64,000 nt of DNA from an uncultured delta proteobacterium. Lineage in GTDB: Bacteria; Myxococcota_A; Polyangia; Polyangiales; B10-G4. Location of the stretch: NCBI GenBank assembly GCA_963727445.1, contig CAVSGI010000021.1, positions 64,001 to 128,000 on the forward strand, given 5' to 3'. Positions 18,754 to 29,338 of the stretch are shown here, piece by piece (positions within the stretch are counted from its first letter, which is position 1; the number at the start of each line of letters is the position of its first letter). Below the pieces are notes generated by a model. It saw only the letters and a program-made list of their open reading frames with translations, searched no databases and had not been told where the DNA came from. Made by a program: the position numbers and the translations under genes.

Positions 18754-18844
18754 ACGCTTTCCCACCGCGCTTGACCACGCGATCACCGCGCGGCATAAAA
18801 ACGTATCGACTCGTGTCGATCTTTTCTTCGTACGGGGGCCCTTT

Positions 18845-20443
18845 TTGAAATCCGTTCTGCGCGAATGCTCTGCAATCGCGATCCTCATCGCATCCGTCTC
18901 GCTCACCGGTTGTGGCGATGACGAGATGATGTCGGACGCCGCTCCAGATGGCGGCGGCGATGCAACCCCGGATGGCAGCCCGGACGGGATGACCGATGCC
19001 GCGCCGATGGCACCGACGATCACGCGAATCGAGATCATCGAGAACCCCAACAACGGGCTCAGCGCCACGATCGAGGTCGAAACGGACATCCCGACGACCG
19101 CCGTCGCCAGCATCAACTCGCCGACCATGCGCGATCTGCCGTTCACGTCGCCGCTCGGCACGTCCCACCAGATCCCGGTGCTCGGCATGCGCGCGGAGCA
19201 GGAGTACGGGTTCCTGGTCACGGTCGAGAGCGAAGACATGCTGACGGCCGAGGACGACACCCTCACCTATTCGTCGCCAGCGCTACCGGACGACTTCCCG
19301 CCCCTCACGACCACCGTCGGCGATTCGACGATGGTCTCTCCCGGTGTGACCGTGTTCAACGTCTTTCGATGGACCCCGACCGTGGACCCCGCATACGGAT
19401 ACCTCATCGGCATCGACGAGGAGGGAGAGGTCGTCTGGTACTACCGGACGGATCACCGCATCGAAGACATGCGCCGCCTTTCCAACGGCAACCTGGTCTA
19501 CGTTCGCCCGGAGGACGCGTACCTCGAGATCGACATGATGGGCAACGTCGTGAACACGGTGCTCGCCGAGGACGTTCCCACCGACAGCTTCCATCACGAG
19601 CTCTACGAGCTCAGCGGTGGGGGCTTCGTGGTCTTGAGCACGGAGCTCATGACGATTGGCGGATACGAAGACGGCACCGTCAGCTACGACGTGGTCGGAG
19701 ACGTCGTCGTCGAGCTCGACGCGTCGGGAGCCTTCGTCAACAGCGCGAGCTTGTTCGACGTGCTCGACCCGCACCGCATGCGCCTCGGCTTCGACTCTCC
19801 CTTCTGGAACCAGCGCTACGAGTCCGTCAGCTCCGGCACCAAGGACTGGACCCACTCCAACGCGGTGATCTACGACGAACGCGACGACACCTTCATCGTC
19901 TCGGTTCGGCATCAGGACTGGCTCGTCAAGCTCCGGCGCGATACCGGCGAGATGGTGTGGAAATTCGGCTACGAGGGTGACTTCTCGATCGTCGGCACGG
20001 GTGACTACATGTTCCACATGCACGGGCCCGAGCTCGAGGCCGACGGAAACCTGCTGATGTACGACAACGGAAACGGCCGGGAGGGCCTGAGCGCGGGCGA
20101 GTTCTTCACGCGCGTGGTCGAGTTCGAGCTCGACGAGACGTCGATGACCGCGATGCAGGTCTGGGAGTATCGGGGCACCTCCGACTACTCGTCCCCGTTC
20201 GTGGGAGACGCCGACCGACTCGAGAACGGCAACGTGTTGATCACCGACGGTGGCCTCGTCGCCGATCCTGCGGCGCCGGTCGGCGCGCCCGACAATCAGA
20301 AGTCGGCGCGGGTCGTCGAGGTCACGCACGAGGAGATGCCCCAGGTGGTGTGGTCGGCGGAGGTTCACGATGACGCGACCACCGACCCCGTCGGATACAC
20401 GATTTACCGTTCGGAGCGCCTCGGCAGTCTTTATGCGGAATGA
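18845..20443 (+). CDS. Aryl-sulfate sulfotransferase (ASST) family lipoprotein, second paralog
   Basis: LTGC lipobox; FHHE, DWTHSNAV, VSVRHQD, HMHGPE, MYDNGN, GDADRLENGN; TTG start inferred. Confidence 0.85.
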   Translation: MKSVLRECSAIAILIASVSLTGCGDDEMMSDAAPDGGGDATPDGSPDGMTDAAPMAPTITRIEIIENPNNGLSATIEVETDIPTTAVASINSPTMRDLPFTSPLGTSHQIPVLGMRAEQEYGFLVTVESEDMLTAEDDTLTYSSPALPDDFPPLTTTVGDSTMVSPGVTVFNVFRWTPTVDPAYGYLIGIDEEGEVVWYYRTDHRIEDMRRLSNGNLVYVRPEDAYLEIDMMGNVVNTVLAEDVPTDSFHHELYELSGGGFVVLSTELMTIGGYEDGTVSYDVVGDVVVELDASGAFVNSASLFDVLDPHRMRLGFDSPFWNQRYESVSSGTKDWTHSNAVIYDERDDTFIVSVRHQDWLVKLRRDTGEMVWKFGYEGDFSIVGTGDYMFHMHGPELEADGNLLMYDNGNGREGLSAGEFFTRVVEFELDETSMTAMQVWEYRGTSDYSSPFVGDADRLENGNVLITDGGLVADPAAPVGAPDNQKSARVVEVTHEEMPQVVWSAEVHDDATTDPVGYTIYRSERLGSLYAE

Positions 20444-21566
20444 CATCACATACATCCTGATCCCTTCGATCGCTCTGGGACTCGCGTTCGTGGCCTGTGG
20501 TGGCGACGACGTGGCGCCAGCGGACGCGAGCACGGACGGATCGCCGGACGCGGCTGCAGATGCGACCCCGCCGGAGGTGCTCGACTATCGCGTGACGCTG
20601 CAGGGGCCTCCAGTCGTATCGCTCGAGGTCAACGCCGCCGACGCAGAGGCCATCCTTCCGTCGCTCACCGAGCTCGAAGCGACAATCCGGGGTGAGGACG
20701 ACGTGACGGCGCCGGAGGACCTGGTGGTGGAGTTCGTCGACGCGGAGGGCATGGCGTTCACTCCGTCGGATCAGACTTTTCGCAACGGCTTGCATCGGAT
20801 CACGACGAGCGTGGAGCCCGGACAAGTGGTGCGCGCGCGCGTGACGGATGCCGCAGGGAACAGCGCCACCAGCGACTTTCAGCTGCGGATCCCGACGCTG
20901 ACAGAAGCCCTCGCGCGCGACTGGGAGCTTCGATTCTTCGACACGGATCAGACGATCGTCAGCCGATGGACCACCTCCATGTCGGAGGATGGGACCTGGG
21001 CAGAGAGCCGGGAAGATACCGGCCGCGATCTCGGAGGCACGTTCACGGTCGACGGCTCGGGGATCGTCATGGAGGTGCGCTCGTCGATGGGCGGCACCGC
21101 ACCCGAGGATTCGGACTCCTCGACGGTGGAGGAGCGCACCACCGCCGAGCTCTACGTCGACGAGAACTTCTTGGCTGTCGCGCCCTACACGCGCACGGAG
21201 ATGAGCGCGGGCGGCATGACGGGCACCTGGGAGAATCACCGTAGCATCGAGCGCCCCATCTCCGGCGCTCTCGCCCTGGCAGAAGAGCGTGCGATCACGC
21301 TGACGCTCGGTGACGACGGGACCTTCACGGAGACCGTCACGGTGACCGACCACACATCGGGCTCACCGGTCATGACCGAGACCACGCGCTCCGGCACCTG
21401 GGAGGTCGTCGCGAACGAAAACTACTCCGAGGCGGTGGCCGACTTTCTCGCCTTCACCACCGACATGCGAGATGGGATGGCCGTGGATCCGCCCGAAGAA
21501 GAGCTCGTCGCGCATAAGGAGCAGCGTGGATTTCTGCTCCTGGCGCCGCGCCTCGCGGCAGACTGA
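20433..21566 (+). CDS. Hypothetical lipoprotein with Ig-like and tandem lipocalin-like beta domains
   Basis: VAC lipobox; VTDAAGNSA; DGTW..GTF and GTWE..DDGTF..GTWEV; overlaps upstream stop. Confidence 0.7.
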   Translation: MRNDITYILIPSIALGLAFVACGGDDVAPADASTDGSPDAAADATPPEVLDYRVTLQGPPVVSLEVNAADAEAILPSLTELEATIRGEDDVTAPEDLVVEFVDAEGMAFTPSDQTFRNGLHRITTSVEPGQVVRARVTDAAGNSATSDFQLRIPTLTEALARDWELRFFDTDQTIVSRWTTSMSEDGTWAESREDTGRDLGGTFTVDGSGIVMEVRSSMGGTAPEDSDSSTVEERTTAELYVDENFLAVAPYTRTEMSAGGMTGTWENHRSIERPISGALALAEERAITLTLGDDGTFTETVTVTDHTSGSPVMTETTRSGTWEVVANENYSEAVADFLAFTTDMRDGMAVDPPEEELVAHKEQRGFLLLAPRLAAD

Positions 21567-21610
21567 TCAGGCACTAAACCCGTCGCCGATCGAATCCACG
21601 ACGCCCTCGC

Positions 21611-23698
21611 TCAGTGCTCCTCGTCGCCGGGTTCGTTGGGTGCCGGCGCGGCCGGTGCCGTGTCCAGCGCCATCTCGCCGACGCTCGGACGCGGCGGGGG
21701 CTCGGCCGCGTCGGCAGCACGGGACATCGCAACTTCCATCGCAGCCATCGCCGGGCGGGGCCGATGACTTCGCCGCCTGGGCTCGGGCTGCGGCGCGGGG
21801 GGCGGTGTGATCTCCTCGGCTTCGCCGGCCGCCCCCGGCGCCTCCTCCGAGCTCGCGTCGACCGAGGCGTCCGCTGGGGCTTGCTGCTCGGGAGGCGGGG
21901 GAGGTTCCGCCACGGGGGCCGGCGCAACTGGCCGTAGCGCCGCGGCCACGATCGTCGTCGCGCCCGGCGTGACTTCGACCGTACGCACCAGCTCCTCGTA
22001 GCCCTCCGCGCTCACCTCGACCTCGTGCGCGCCCGGCTCCAGCCCGCCGATCACGGGGCCCGTCCGCGACCCATCGACTGTCACGACGAACGGTACGTCG
22101 ATCTGGGCGTCGATCTCGATTCGTCCCGTGGCAGAGCGGCCGAGCGGTCCGAAATAGACGGCAGCCCCCACGATCGCGGCACCGATGATCACCGCAGCCC
22201 CGACCACCAGGCCCGAGCTTCGCGCAGGATGGGCGGGGGGCGGCGGCGAGTCGGTCGGTCGCGACGCGCTCGGCGTTTGCTCCGGCTCCGCCTCGGTCGG
22301 CTCGAGCGTCTGCTCTGCCTCGACGCTCGGTGCATCGGTCGCCTCCACGCTCGCGTGCTCGACCGGGATCTCGGCGTCGGCCTCGGAGTCTCGCACGTCG
22401 GTTCCGAACGCCACCCACAGCTCCTCGAGATCGACGCCGGGCCTGTCGTCCACCTCGGTCGGGGCCATGCCAAAGCTGTCCGCGTCCTTCGACGCGCTCG
22501 GGGAAAGCGGCGCGTAGGGCATCGTCTGGTCGAAGCGCTCGGGAAGCTCGACGTCGATGTCGACCGAGTAGAACACCTCGGTGCCCTCGCGCGGCGCGTC
22601 CTCGCTCGGCGCGTGGTTCGCGTCCGATCCATCGTAGGGACGGATCGGGGCTCCGCGGATGGTCGACGCATCGCCGTCGACTGCTGGCTGCGTTGATTGC
22701 TCTGGCCCGACGTGAGAGAGGACGCGAGTCTGAGCGTCGCGGATACGCGCGAACCGACTCCGAAGCCAGCTCGCGAGCGCGACCGGGCCGCCCCCTCCGA
22801 GCGCGTCGCACACCTTTCTGAGCGCGGCCGCCATCTCCCCGGCGTTCTGAAACCGATCCTCCGGTGCCAGCGCGAGGCCCTTGTCGAGCACCGCCGCGAG
22901 AGATGCGGGCACGTCGTCACGGACCTCGCGGATCTTCGGGATCTGCGGATCCTGCGCTCGCTGCAGAGCATACAGGTAGGATTCTTCACGCTCGAACGCC
23001 TCGCGGCCCGCGAGAAGCTCCCAGAGGCAGATGCTCGCCGCGTAGGTGTCACAGCTCCGGTCGATGCGGTCACCGCGCGCCTGCTCGGGGCTCATGTAAT
23101 GAACCTTGCCCTTGAGCGTTCCTGCTCGGGTGGCGGCCGTCTGGAGCGCCGTCTTCGCGATGCCGAAGTCGACGACCTTCACCGATCCATCGAAGGCGAC
23201 CATCAGGTTGTGGGGAGAGATGTCGCGGTGGATCAGGTTCAGCGGCTTGCCCGTCGCGTCGGTGGTCGCATGGGCGTAGGCGAGCGCCTCGCAGACCTGC
23301 TCGATGATCCACACCGAGAGCACCATCGGGATGCGCTCGCCCTTCTTGTCGAGCGCCAGCTGGACCCTGCGAAGGTCGAGGCCACGCACCAGCTCCATCG
23401 CGATGTAGTAGAGCCCGCCGTGTTGGCCATACTCGAAGCTTCGCGCGATGTTGGGGTGGTCGAGGCTGGCGATGACCTTTGCCTCGTCGACGAACATCGC
23501 CACGAACTCGGGCTTGCAGGCGTCGGCGGGCAGCATGCGCTTCAAGGCGAAGAGCGCGGGCAGGTTGGAAGGCCCGCGAGGCTGCGCCGCCCACAACTCC
23601 GCCATGCCCCCCGTGCCGAGGCGCGACAACAACACGAAACGCCCGTAGGCCTCGGGCTCGTCCGTTGCCAGGGAGGCCATGGTCACAGATTGCCGCAT
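21611..23698 (-). CDS. Membrane Ser/Thr protein kinase (Hanks type) with PEGA domain
   Basis: LGTGGMAE, ALKR, HRDISPHN, DFGIAK, GKVHYMSPEQ; TM; GLEPGAHEVEVSAEGY. Confidence 0.93.
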   Translation of the reverse strand: MRQSVTMASLATDEPEAYGRFVLLSRLGTGGMAELWAAQPRGPSNLPALFALKRMLPADACKPEFVAMFVDEAKVIASLDHPNIARSFEYGQHGGLYYIAMELVRGLDLRRVQLALDKKGERIPMVLSVWIIEQVCEALAYAHATTDATGKPLNLIHRDISPHNLMVAFDGSVKVVDFGIAKTALQTAATRAGTLKGKVHYMSPEQARGDRIDRSCDTYAASICLWELLAGREAFEREESYLYALQRAQDPQIPKIREVRDDVPASLAAVLDKGLALAPEDRFQNAGEMAAALRKVCDALGGGGPVALASWLRSRFARIRDAQTRVLSHVGPEQSTQPAVDGDASTIRGAPIRPYDGSDANHAPSEDAPREGTEVFYSVDIDVELPERFDQTMPYAPLSPSASKDADSFGMAPTEVDDRPGVDLEELWVAFGTDVRDSEADAEIPVEHASVEATDAPSVEAEQTLEPTEAEPEQTPSASRPTDSPPPPAHPARSSGLVVGAAVIIGAAIVGAAVYFGPLGRSATGRIEIDAQIDVPFVVTVDGSRTGPVIGGLEPGAHEVEVSAEGYEELVRTVEVTPGATTIVAAALRPVAPAPVAEPPPPPEQQAPADASVDASSEEAPGAAGEAEEITPPPAPQPEPRRRSHRPRPAMAAMEVAMSRAADAAEPPPRPSVGEMALDTAPAAPAPNEPGDEEH

Positions 23699-23755
23699 GG
23701 CCGCTGCCCGGCCAACTACCTGCGCCTGTTTCTGGGTTCCGAGCCGAGCGAGTCG

Positions 23756-24868
23756 TCAGCGCACGAGGGGCGCGATCGCGTCGTACCAGCGCGCCGCGAT
23801 GGCCTGGTAGCCGCTCTCGTTCGGGTGCAGACGGTCGGAGGAGAGGTCGGGTGATTCGCCGTCGGACGTGATCCGGATCGCACTGTAGGTGTTGACCAGG
23901 CGGACGTTGCGACCCACCTCGCGGTGCGCGCGCACGATGGAGGTGACCGCATGGTTGAACGGGATGACGCCGTCGCGGTTGTTCGTACCGACGAGGTTCG
24001 GCGTGACCAGGCCGACGACGACCAGGCTCTTGCTCGGCAGCGCGGTGAGAAGCTCGTCGAGGAGATAGGAAAAGCGCAACGCCGCCCCTTCGCGGATCCC
24101 GCTCCCAGCGCGCACATCGTTGGCTCCGACCATCAGGAGCACGATGTGCGGCATCACGTGAGCGCCTCCGGGCGCGTCGGTCACGCGCGAGAGGAAGTTC
24201 CCGATGCTCCCCGGGCATTCGGTGTCTTCCCGCGCGCGGAACGCGTTGATGTCCCAGCCGGGATGGCCATCGTGTTGCCCGATCTCCGGAACCCCTCTGG
24301 AGTCGCAGTAGGCCGGCCGGATCGGCGGATCGCGGCTGGGCGGGATCTGACACCGGCCGCTGAAGCCTGGACACGCGCCCACGTAGGCGAAGGTCTTGCC
24401 TGCGTCGAGGAGCGAGCGGCGGAGATACCTCCGATACCCGCCGCTCGAGATATGACCGTCCGGCGTCGCGCGCATCCCGAAGGTGATCGAGTCTCCCATC
24501 GCCAGGATCCGGCACGGCTCCGGCAGCGCGGGACAGGGTCCATCGACCTCGCCCGGCTCGGACAACGATTCATCGGGACCGTCTGCCGGCGCGCCCCCGC
24601 TCGACGGCTCGCCGCCGCTCGACGGCTCGCCGGCGGACGACGACCCCTCGCCCGACTCTGCGAAGCGCGACTCGTCCGGGGCGGACCCGGCATCGGAGGA
24701 CGGGTCGCCTCCGCCGACGACCGCGTCCTCTTCGAAGCCTCCGTCCGAGACCTCCGGCAGCGTGGTCGGGGTGGCGCAGGCGACTGCGAGCAGGAGAAGC
24801 CCGACCGCCATCACTCGGCATAGCGTGAATCGGGGCCTCGTGAGAAGCAGTGGTCGAATCTCGCGCAT
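23756..24868 (-). CDS. SGNH/GDSL hydrolase lipoprotein
   Basis: MGDSIT, HDGHPGW, MVGAND, DRLHPNESGY blocks; VAC lipobox. Confidence 0.9.
   Translation of the reverse strand: MREIRPLLLTRPRFTLCRVMAVGLLLLAVACATPTTLPEVSDGGFEEDAVVGGGDPSSDAGSAPDESRFAESGEGSSSAGEPSSGGEPSSGGAPADGPDESLSEPGEVDGPCPALPEPCRILAMGDSITFGMRATPDGHISSGGYRRYLRRSLLDAGKTFAYVGACPGFSGRCQIPPSRDPPIRPAYCDSRGVPEIGQHDGHPGWDINAFRAREDTECPGSIGNFLSRVTDAPGGAHVMPHIVLLMVGANDVRAGSGIREGAALRFSYLLDELLTALPSKSLVVVGLVTPNLVGTNNRDGVIPFNHAVTSIVRAHREVGRNVRLVNTYSAIRITSDGESPDLSSDRLHPNESGYQAIAARWYDAIAPLVR
24597..24632. repeat. 18-bp tandem duplication (GEPSSG linker)
   Basis: ccgctcgacggctcgccg x2. Confidence 0.6.
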
Positions 24869-25062
24869 CGTCAGAACCTCCAGCGTTCAGCGCGGGGTTT
24901 CGCAACTATCGCGCCGGACCCGTTTCCCCGGCGTTCCCGGCGTCCTGCGCGAGGGTTGTGCAAGCGTGGCACTACCCGTCGGGGCGAGCCGACCCCAGCA
25001 AGGACGAGCCCATGCGCGGCGACCGCGCTCGATGGCGATCACACCTCCTCTCTGCACCAAGG

Positions 25063-25645
25063 CTAACGTGAGTGGATCGACTCGCCGCGCTCGCACATCG
25101 CGACGAACTTCGCGACGCGGCGCGCGCGCGTGTCCGCGCGCTTCGCCTCTTGGAGACGGTAGAGGATTGCGTAGCGGTTCTGCGAGCTCAGCGTGGCGAA
25201 GAAGGCGCGGGCCTTCGGACACTCGTCGAGCGCCGCGCGGAGATCGTCCGGCACGGTCGCTGTCGCGTGCGAGTCGTAGGCCTTCTCCCACTGCCCATTC
25301 GCCTTGGCCTGCGCGATCGCTGCGAGCCCGGCCGGCATCATCCGGCCCGCCTCGATCAGCGCCGTGACCTTGGCCACGTTCCTCTTCGACCACCGGCTCC
25401 GCGGACCCCGCGGCGTGAAGCGCTGCAGCGAGTAGTCCGCGTCGAACGCCCGCTTCTGACTGTCGATCCAACCAAACCGAAGCGCCTCTTCGAGCGCCTC
25501 CGCATACGACGGGCCGCGCTTACCGCTCCGCTTCTTCGGGATCTTCGAGCCAGATCCCCGCGCTCTTCGCGTGCTGCTTCTCGAGCCACGCGCCGAATGC
25601 CGCCGCCGAAGCGAATCCTCGCACCGGTAATTCGTCCTTCGCCAT
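25063..25645 (-). CDS. YdeI/OmpD-associated family protein, one apparent frameshift near 25547
   Basis: MAKDELPVRGFASAAAFGAWLEK..GIWL joins KIPKK..YAEALEEALRFGWIDSQ..FTPR..S.WSKRN..VPDDL after removing one base. Confidence 0.85.
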
Positions 25646-25970
25646 CGGGCGAGGATACATCGACGGTTGGCAGGAGATGACAACGGGAAGTGAGATCAGT
25701 TCGTCGAGCGTCGACGTGCCGCCGATGTCGATGTCGCACCCACCGCGGGTGTCGCCTGGCACGCACACGCCTTCACCCGCGTAGGTAGCGCCGCCGTCCG
25801 TCGAGCCGCCGTCCATCGTGCCGCTCGCTCGCGCCGCCGTCGCTCGCGCCGCCTCCATCGCTACGGATGTGGCAAAGCACCACCACGACCAATCGACGCC
25901 AATCTAACATGCATCGCGGCACCCGGGAACGCGCCTCTTGCTCGGGGGCGGTGCTGGTAGCATGTGGTGG

Positions 25971-28223
25971 ATGTCTCGACGCTCCCGCTCCGCGCCTGTC
26001 TTCTCTCCGTTCCTGTTCACGTTCTTCGCGGCCGCGCTCGCAAGCATCGGTGGTTGCGACTGCGGCGGCACGGCGGAGACGCAGTGCGTGTCGTCCACCG
26101 AATGCGCGACCGGCGAGACCTGCGTCGACGGTGTCTGCACGCCCGAGGCCGACGGGTCGACGCGCGACGGCGCGCCCGACGGAACGCCGCGCGTCGACGC
26201 CGGACCGACGACCTTCGTGATCGACCCCGCAGACCCCGTGATCGACGCCGACGGGACGCCCACGTCGGTTACGCTCTCGGCGCTCCTCGACGGCGTGGCG
26301 GTGCCGGAGGCGGCGTGGCTCGTCGACGACGTGGTGATCGGAACCATCGGCTCTGGCGGCGTGTACACCGCGAACGGTTTGGTGGCGGGAGTCGCGACGG
26401 TGACCGCCCGTTATGGCGACCTCGAGGCGACTACGACGGTGACCGTGCACGTGAACGCGAGCGTGAACTCGGCGGGGTTGTCGACCGCGGACATGGACGC
26501 GCTCCGAGCTGGCGGAACCGACGATGCAGCCTTCGAACTGCTCTACCCCTACGATGCGACCGTCTTCCCGCGTGGGCTCCCGTCGCCGCTCTTTCAGCTC
26601 GCAGGTGGCGGCGCTGACGCAGCGCGCATCAAGGTCGACATCGAGCGCGTCGACTTCCACTACGAAGTCTTCGTGGCCGGCGGTACGCCGCTCCAGGTCG
26701 CGCTCCCCGAGGACGCGTGGGCGGGCGCGGCGTCGAGCGCGGGCGCAACCGACGACGTCGCGGTCGGCGTGACGCAAGATCCGCGGAGGCGCGGTCACCG
26801 GGCCGGCAACCGAGACGCTCCACATCGCGCCCGGCCAGATCGCCGGCAGCATCTACTACAACTCGTACAACTCGCATCTCGCGAGCGGGGGCGCGATCCT
26901 TCGAGTGCCGCTCGGCGGAACGGCCGAGGTCGTCCAGGCCGGGTGCACGGTGTGCCACTCCGTCAGCGCGCAGGGCAATCGGATCGCGACCGGGCTCAAC
27001 TGGAGCGGCAACGATGACGGTCACGGGGACGGGCAACCCGATTCAGAGCGGCACGCTCGACCTCGACGTGGCTGGCGCGGCGACCGCGCGCTGGACGGAT
27101 GGCGACGGGCGCCGGTACTCGTTCGGTGCGTTGACGCCCGACGGCGCGCGGATGATCTCGAACGCCGTCCCGCCCGACAACCGCATCCGAGGCCTCTCGG
27201 GGACGATGCCATCGCGCATGTGGGACACGTCGACCGGCGACGAGATCCCGGCGCCGAGCTTCACCGACGTCGTCAGCTACGCGGTCACCCCGCAGTTCGC
27301 GCCGGACGCGACGGCGCTCGCGTTCAGCTGGTTCTCGTCGGGCGGCGCGGACAACGGGCGCGTGCTCGCCGTCATGTCGTACGACGGCACGTCGTCTCCA
27401 CCGCTCTTCGGTGCGCCACGGCGCGTGGTGACGGTCACCGACACGTCACACATCGCGGGCTGGCCGAGCTTCACGCCCGACGGTCTCGCAGTCGTGTACG
27501 AGGAGAGCACGGCGTTCGACACGTCGCTGATGGGCGGCGTCGGCAACCCGAACCGGCCGGTGTCGTCGGACCTGCGCCTCGTCGATCTGTCGAGCTGCGA
27601 CGGGTCGGCAGAGGCGTGTGCGGTGTCCACGCTCGACGTGTTGAACGGGTATGCTTCGGGCGCGTTCTACCCGCCCTACGGCGAAGCCGAGGAGGCGCAT
27701 TCGAACTACGAGCCCACCGTCCTGCCCATCGCGATCGGCGGGTATTACTGGGTCGTGTTCACGAGCCGCCGCTGCTATGGCAACACGCTCGCGCCCGGCG
27801 GCACGGTGGCCGGCGGCGACGACCGGTGGGGCTACCAAGCGAGCGACGGTGGCGAGCACCCGAGCGTGCGAAAGAAGCTCTGGATCGCCGCGATCGACAT
27901 CACCGGCGGCCCGGGCACCGATCGCAGCCACCCACCGTTCTATCTGCCCGGCCAAGAGCTCGAGTCGGGCAACATGCGCGGTTTCGCGGCGCTCGATCCA
28001 TGCAAGCCGGATGGGGACTCGTGCGCGTCGGCGGCCGAGTGCTGCGGTGGCTTCTGCCGCGCGACCGAGCCCGAGGGTGGCGGGGAGCCCGAGCTTGCTC
28101 TGCGTGCCACCGCCGCCGGGGTGCTCCGAGGAGCTCGAAGCGTGCACGACGGACGCGGACTGCTGTGGCGTGTCGATGGGCACGCGCTGCATCAACAATC
28201 ACTGCGCCCAAACGCTGATCTGA
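25971..28223 (+). CDS. TolB-like beta-propeller lipoprotein with Cys-rich termini, three apparent frameshifts (about 26775, 27022, 28094)
   Basis: GGC lipobox; LYPYDATVFPRGL; IYYNSY; CTVCHSVS; WPSFTPDG; YYWVVFTSRR; KKLWIAAID; SHPPFYLPGQE; CC pairs; continuous after three single-base removals. Confidence 0.75.
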
Positions 28224-29323
28224 TGGCCCGGCTCGACCGTCACGTTCCGGCCGTCCTCCTCTTCGAGGTCGTGCTGGCTCTCTCGGGGTGTGGGCGTGTC
28301 GACTTCGATCATCTCGACACCGGGTCGGGATATCGGCCCGACGCGGGCGACGCGGACGCCCGGCGCGACGGAGATGTCGACGCCGATGTGGGTCCTGATC
28401 CCGACGCCAGCCCGGCCGATGCGAGCGAGCCCGATGCGAGCGAGCCCGATGCGAGCGAGCCCGATGGAGCCATGATGGACGCGAGCGGGCCCGATACAGG
28501 CGCGATGGACGCGGGTGCCACCGACTCCGCCATGCCGGATAGCGGCTCGTCGGGTTGTGTCCCGGGCAGCGTGCCGTTCACGACGGATGACGTGTTCGTT
28601 CTTCCAGCGGGATGCACGACGTTCACCGTGCGCGCCGAGGGCGGCGGCGGCGCCGGGTCGGGCGGAAACTCCCGCACCAACGCGGTCGGCGCACCTGGTG
28701 GTGCCGGCGGCCTGGCGATCAAGTCCTTCGCCGGTCAGGTTCCCGGAACGTCATTCGACATCGTCATCGGTCGCGGTGGAACGTGCGAATCGAGGTCCTC
28801 GACGGCGGGCGGCTACCTCGGTGGCGGCGGCGGACGAGCGAGCGGCTCGGGCGACGGTCAGGACGGCGGCGGCACCGGACCGGGCGGCGTCGGAGCGCCG
28901 GCTTCGGGTACGGGCTCGCAGCCTGGCGGTGATGGAGGTCATGGCTACTGGGGCGGCGGCGGTGGTGGCGGTGGTGGCGACGTGATCGTTGGCAACAGCG
29001 CTGGCGGCGCGACGACCTTCAGGCTCGGGGCCGCCGATCTCGTGATAGCGGGTGGCGGGGGTGCCTCCGGCGCGGGCGATCAGGACGGTGACCGCGCCGG
29101 CGCCGGCGGGGCTGCGTGCGACGGTTACAACGGAGCGGACGGCGCGACCGGCGCGGGGTCGAGGTCGGGAGCTGGTGGCGGGGGTGGCGCCTGCTACTGC
29201 GAGGGCGGCTGCGACGTTACGCCCACGAGCGGCGGGGGCCTCGCCGGAATGGGAAGCAGCCGAAGCTCCTGCAGCGCGATCCACCAAGGCGCCGACGGTC
29301 GCGTCGTCGTGTCGTACCCCTGA
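28223..29323 (+). CDS. Glycine-rich lipoprotein
   Basis: LSGC-GRVDFD lipobox; D/A linker; FVLPAGCTTFTVRAEGGGGAG...IAGGGG...GADGRVVVSY; TGATG overlap with upstream gene. Confidence 0.8.
   Translation: MARLDRHVPAVLLFEVVLALSGCGRVDFDHLDTGSGYRPDAGDADARRDGDVDADVGPDPDASPADASEPDASEPDASEPDGAMMDASGPDTGAMDAGATDSAMPDSGSSGCVPGSVPFTTDDVFVLPAGCTTFTVRAEGGGGAGSGGNSRTNAVGAPGGAGGLAIKSFAGQVPGTSFDIVIGRGGTCESRSSTAGGYLGGGGGRASGSGDGQDGGGTGPGGVGAPASGTGSQPGGDGGHGYWGGGGGGGGGDVIVGNSAGGATTFRLGAADLVIAGGGGASGAGDQDGDRAGAGGAACDGYNGADGATGAGSRSGAGGGGGACYCEGGCDVTPTSGGGLAGMGSSRSSCSAIHQGADGRVVVSYP
28416..28466. repeat. 15-bp tandem repeat x3.4 (DASEP)
   Basis: ccgatgcgagcgagc repeated exactly. Confidence 0.85.
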
Positions 29324-29338
29324 GGGTAGGGGAACAGT

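Noticed and set aside
28416..28466. Short direct repeats as a possible CRISPR array (also 29815-29935, 54890-55095)
   Set aside because: No unique spacers, units are multiples of 3 inside coding linkers, and no cas genes are present
26717..29323. 868-aa ORF as a single propeller-glycine-rich fusion protein
   Set aside because: Chimera caused by a frameshift near 28094; a separate lipoprotein signal peptide starts at 28223
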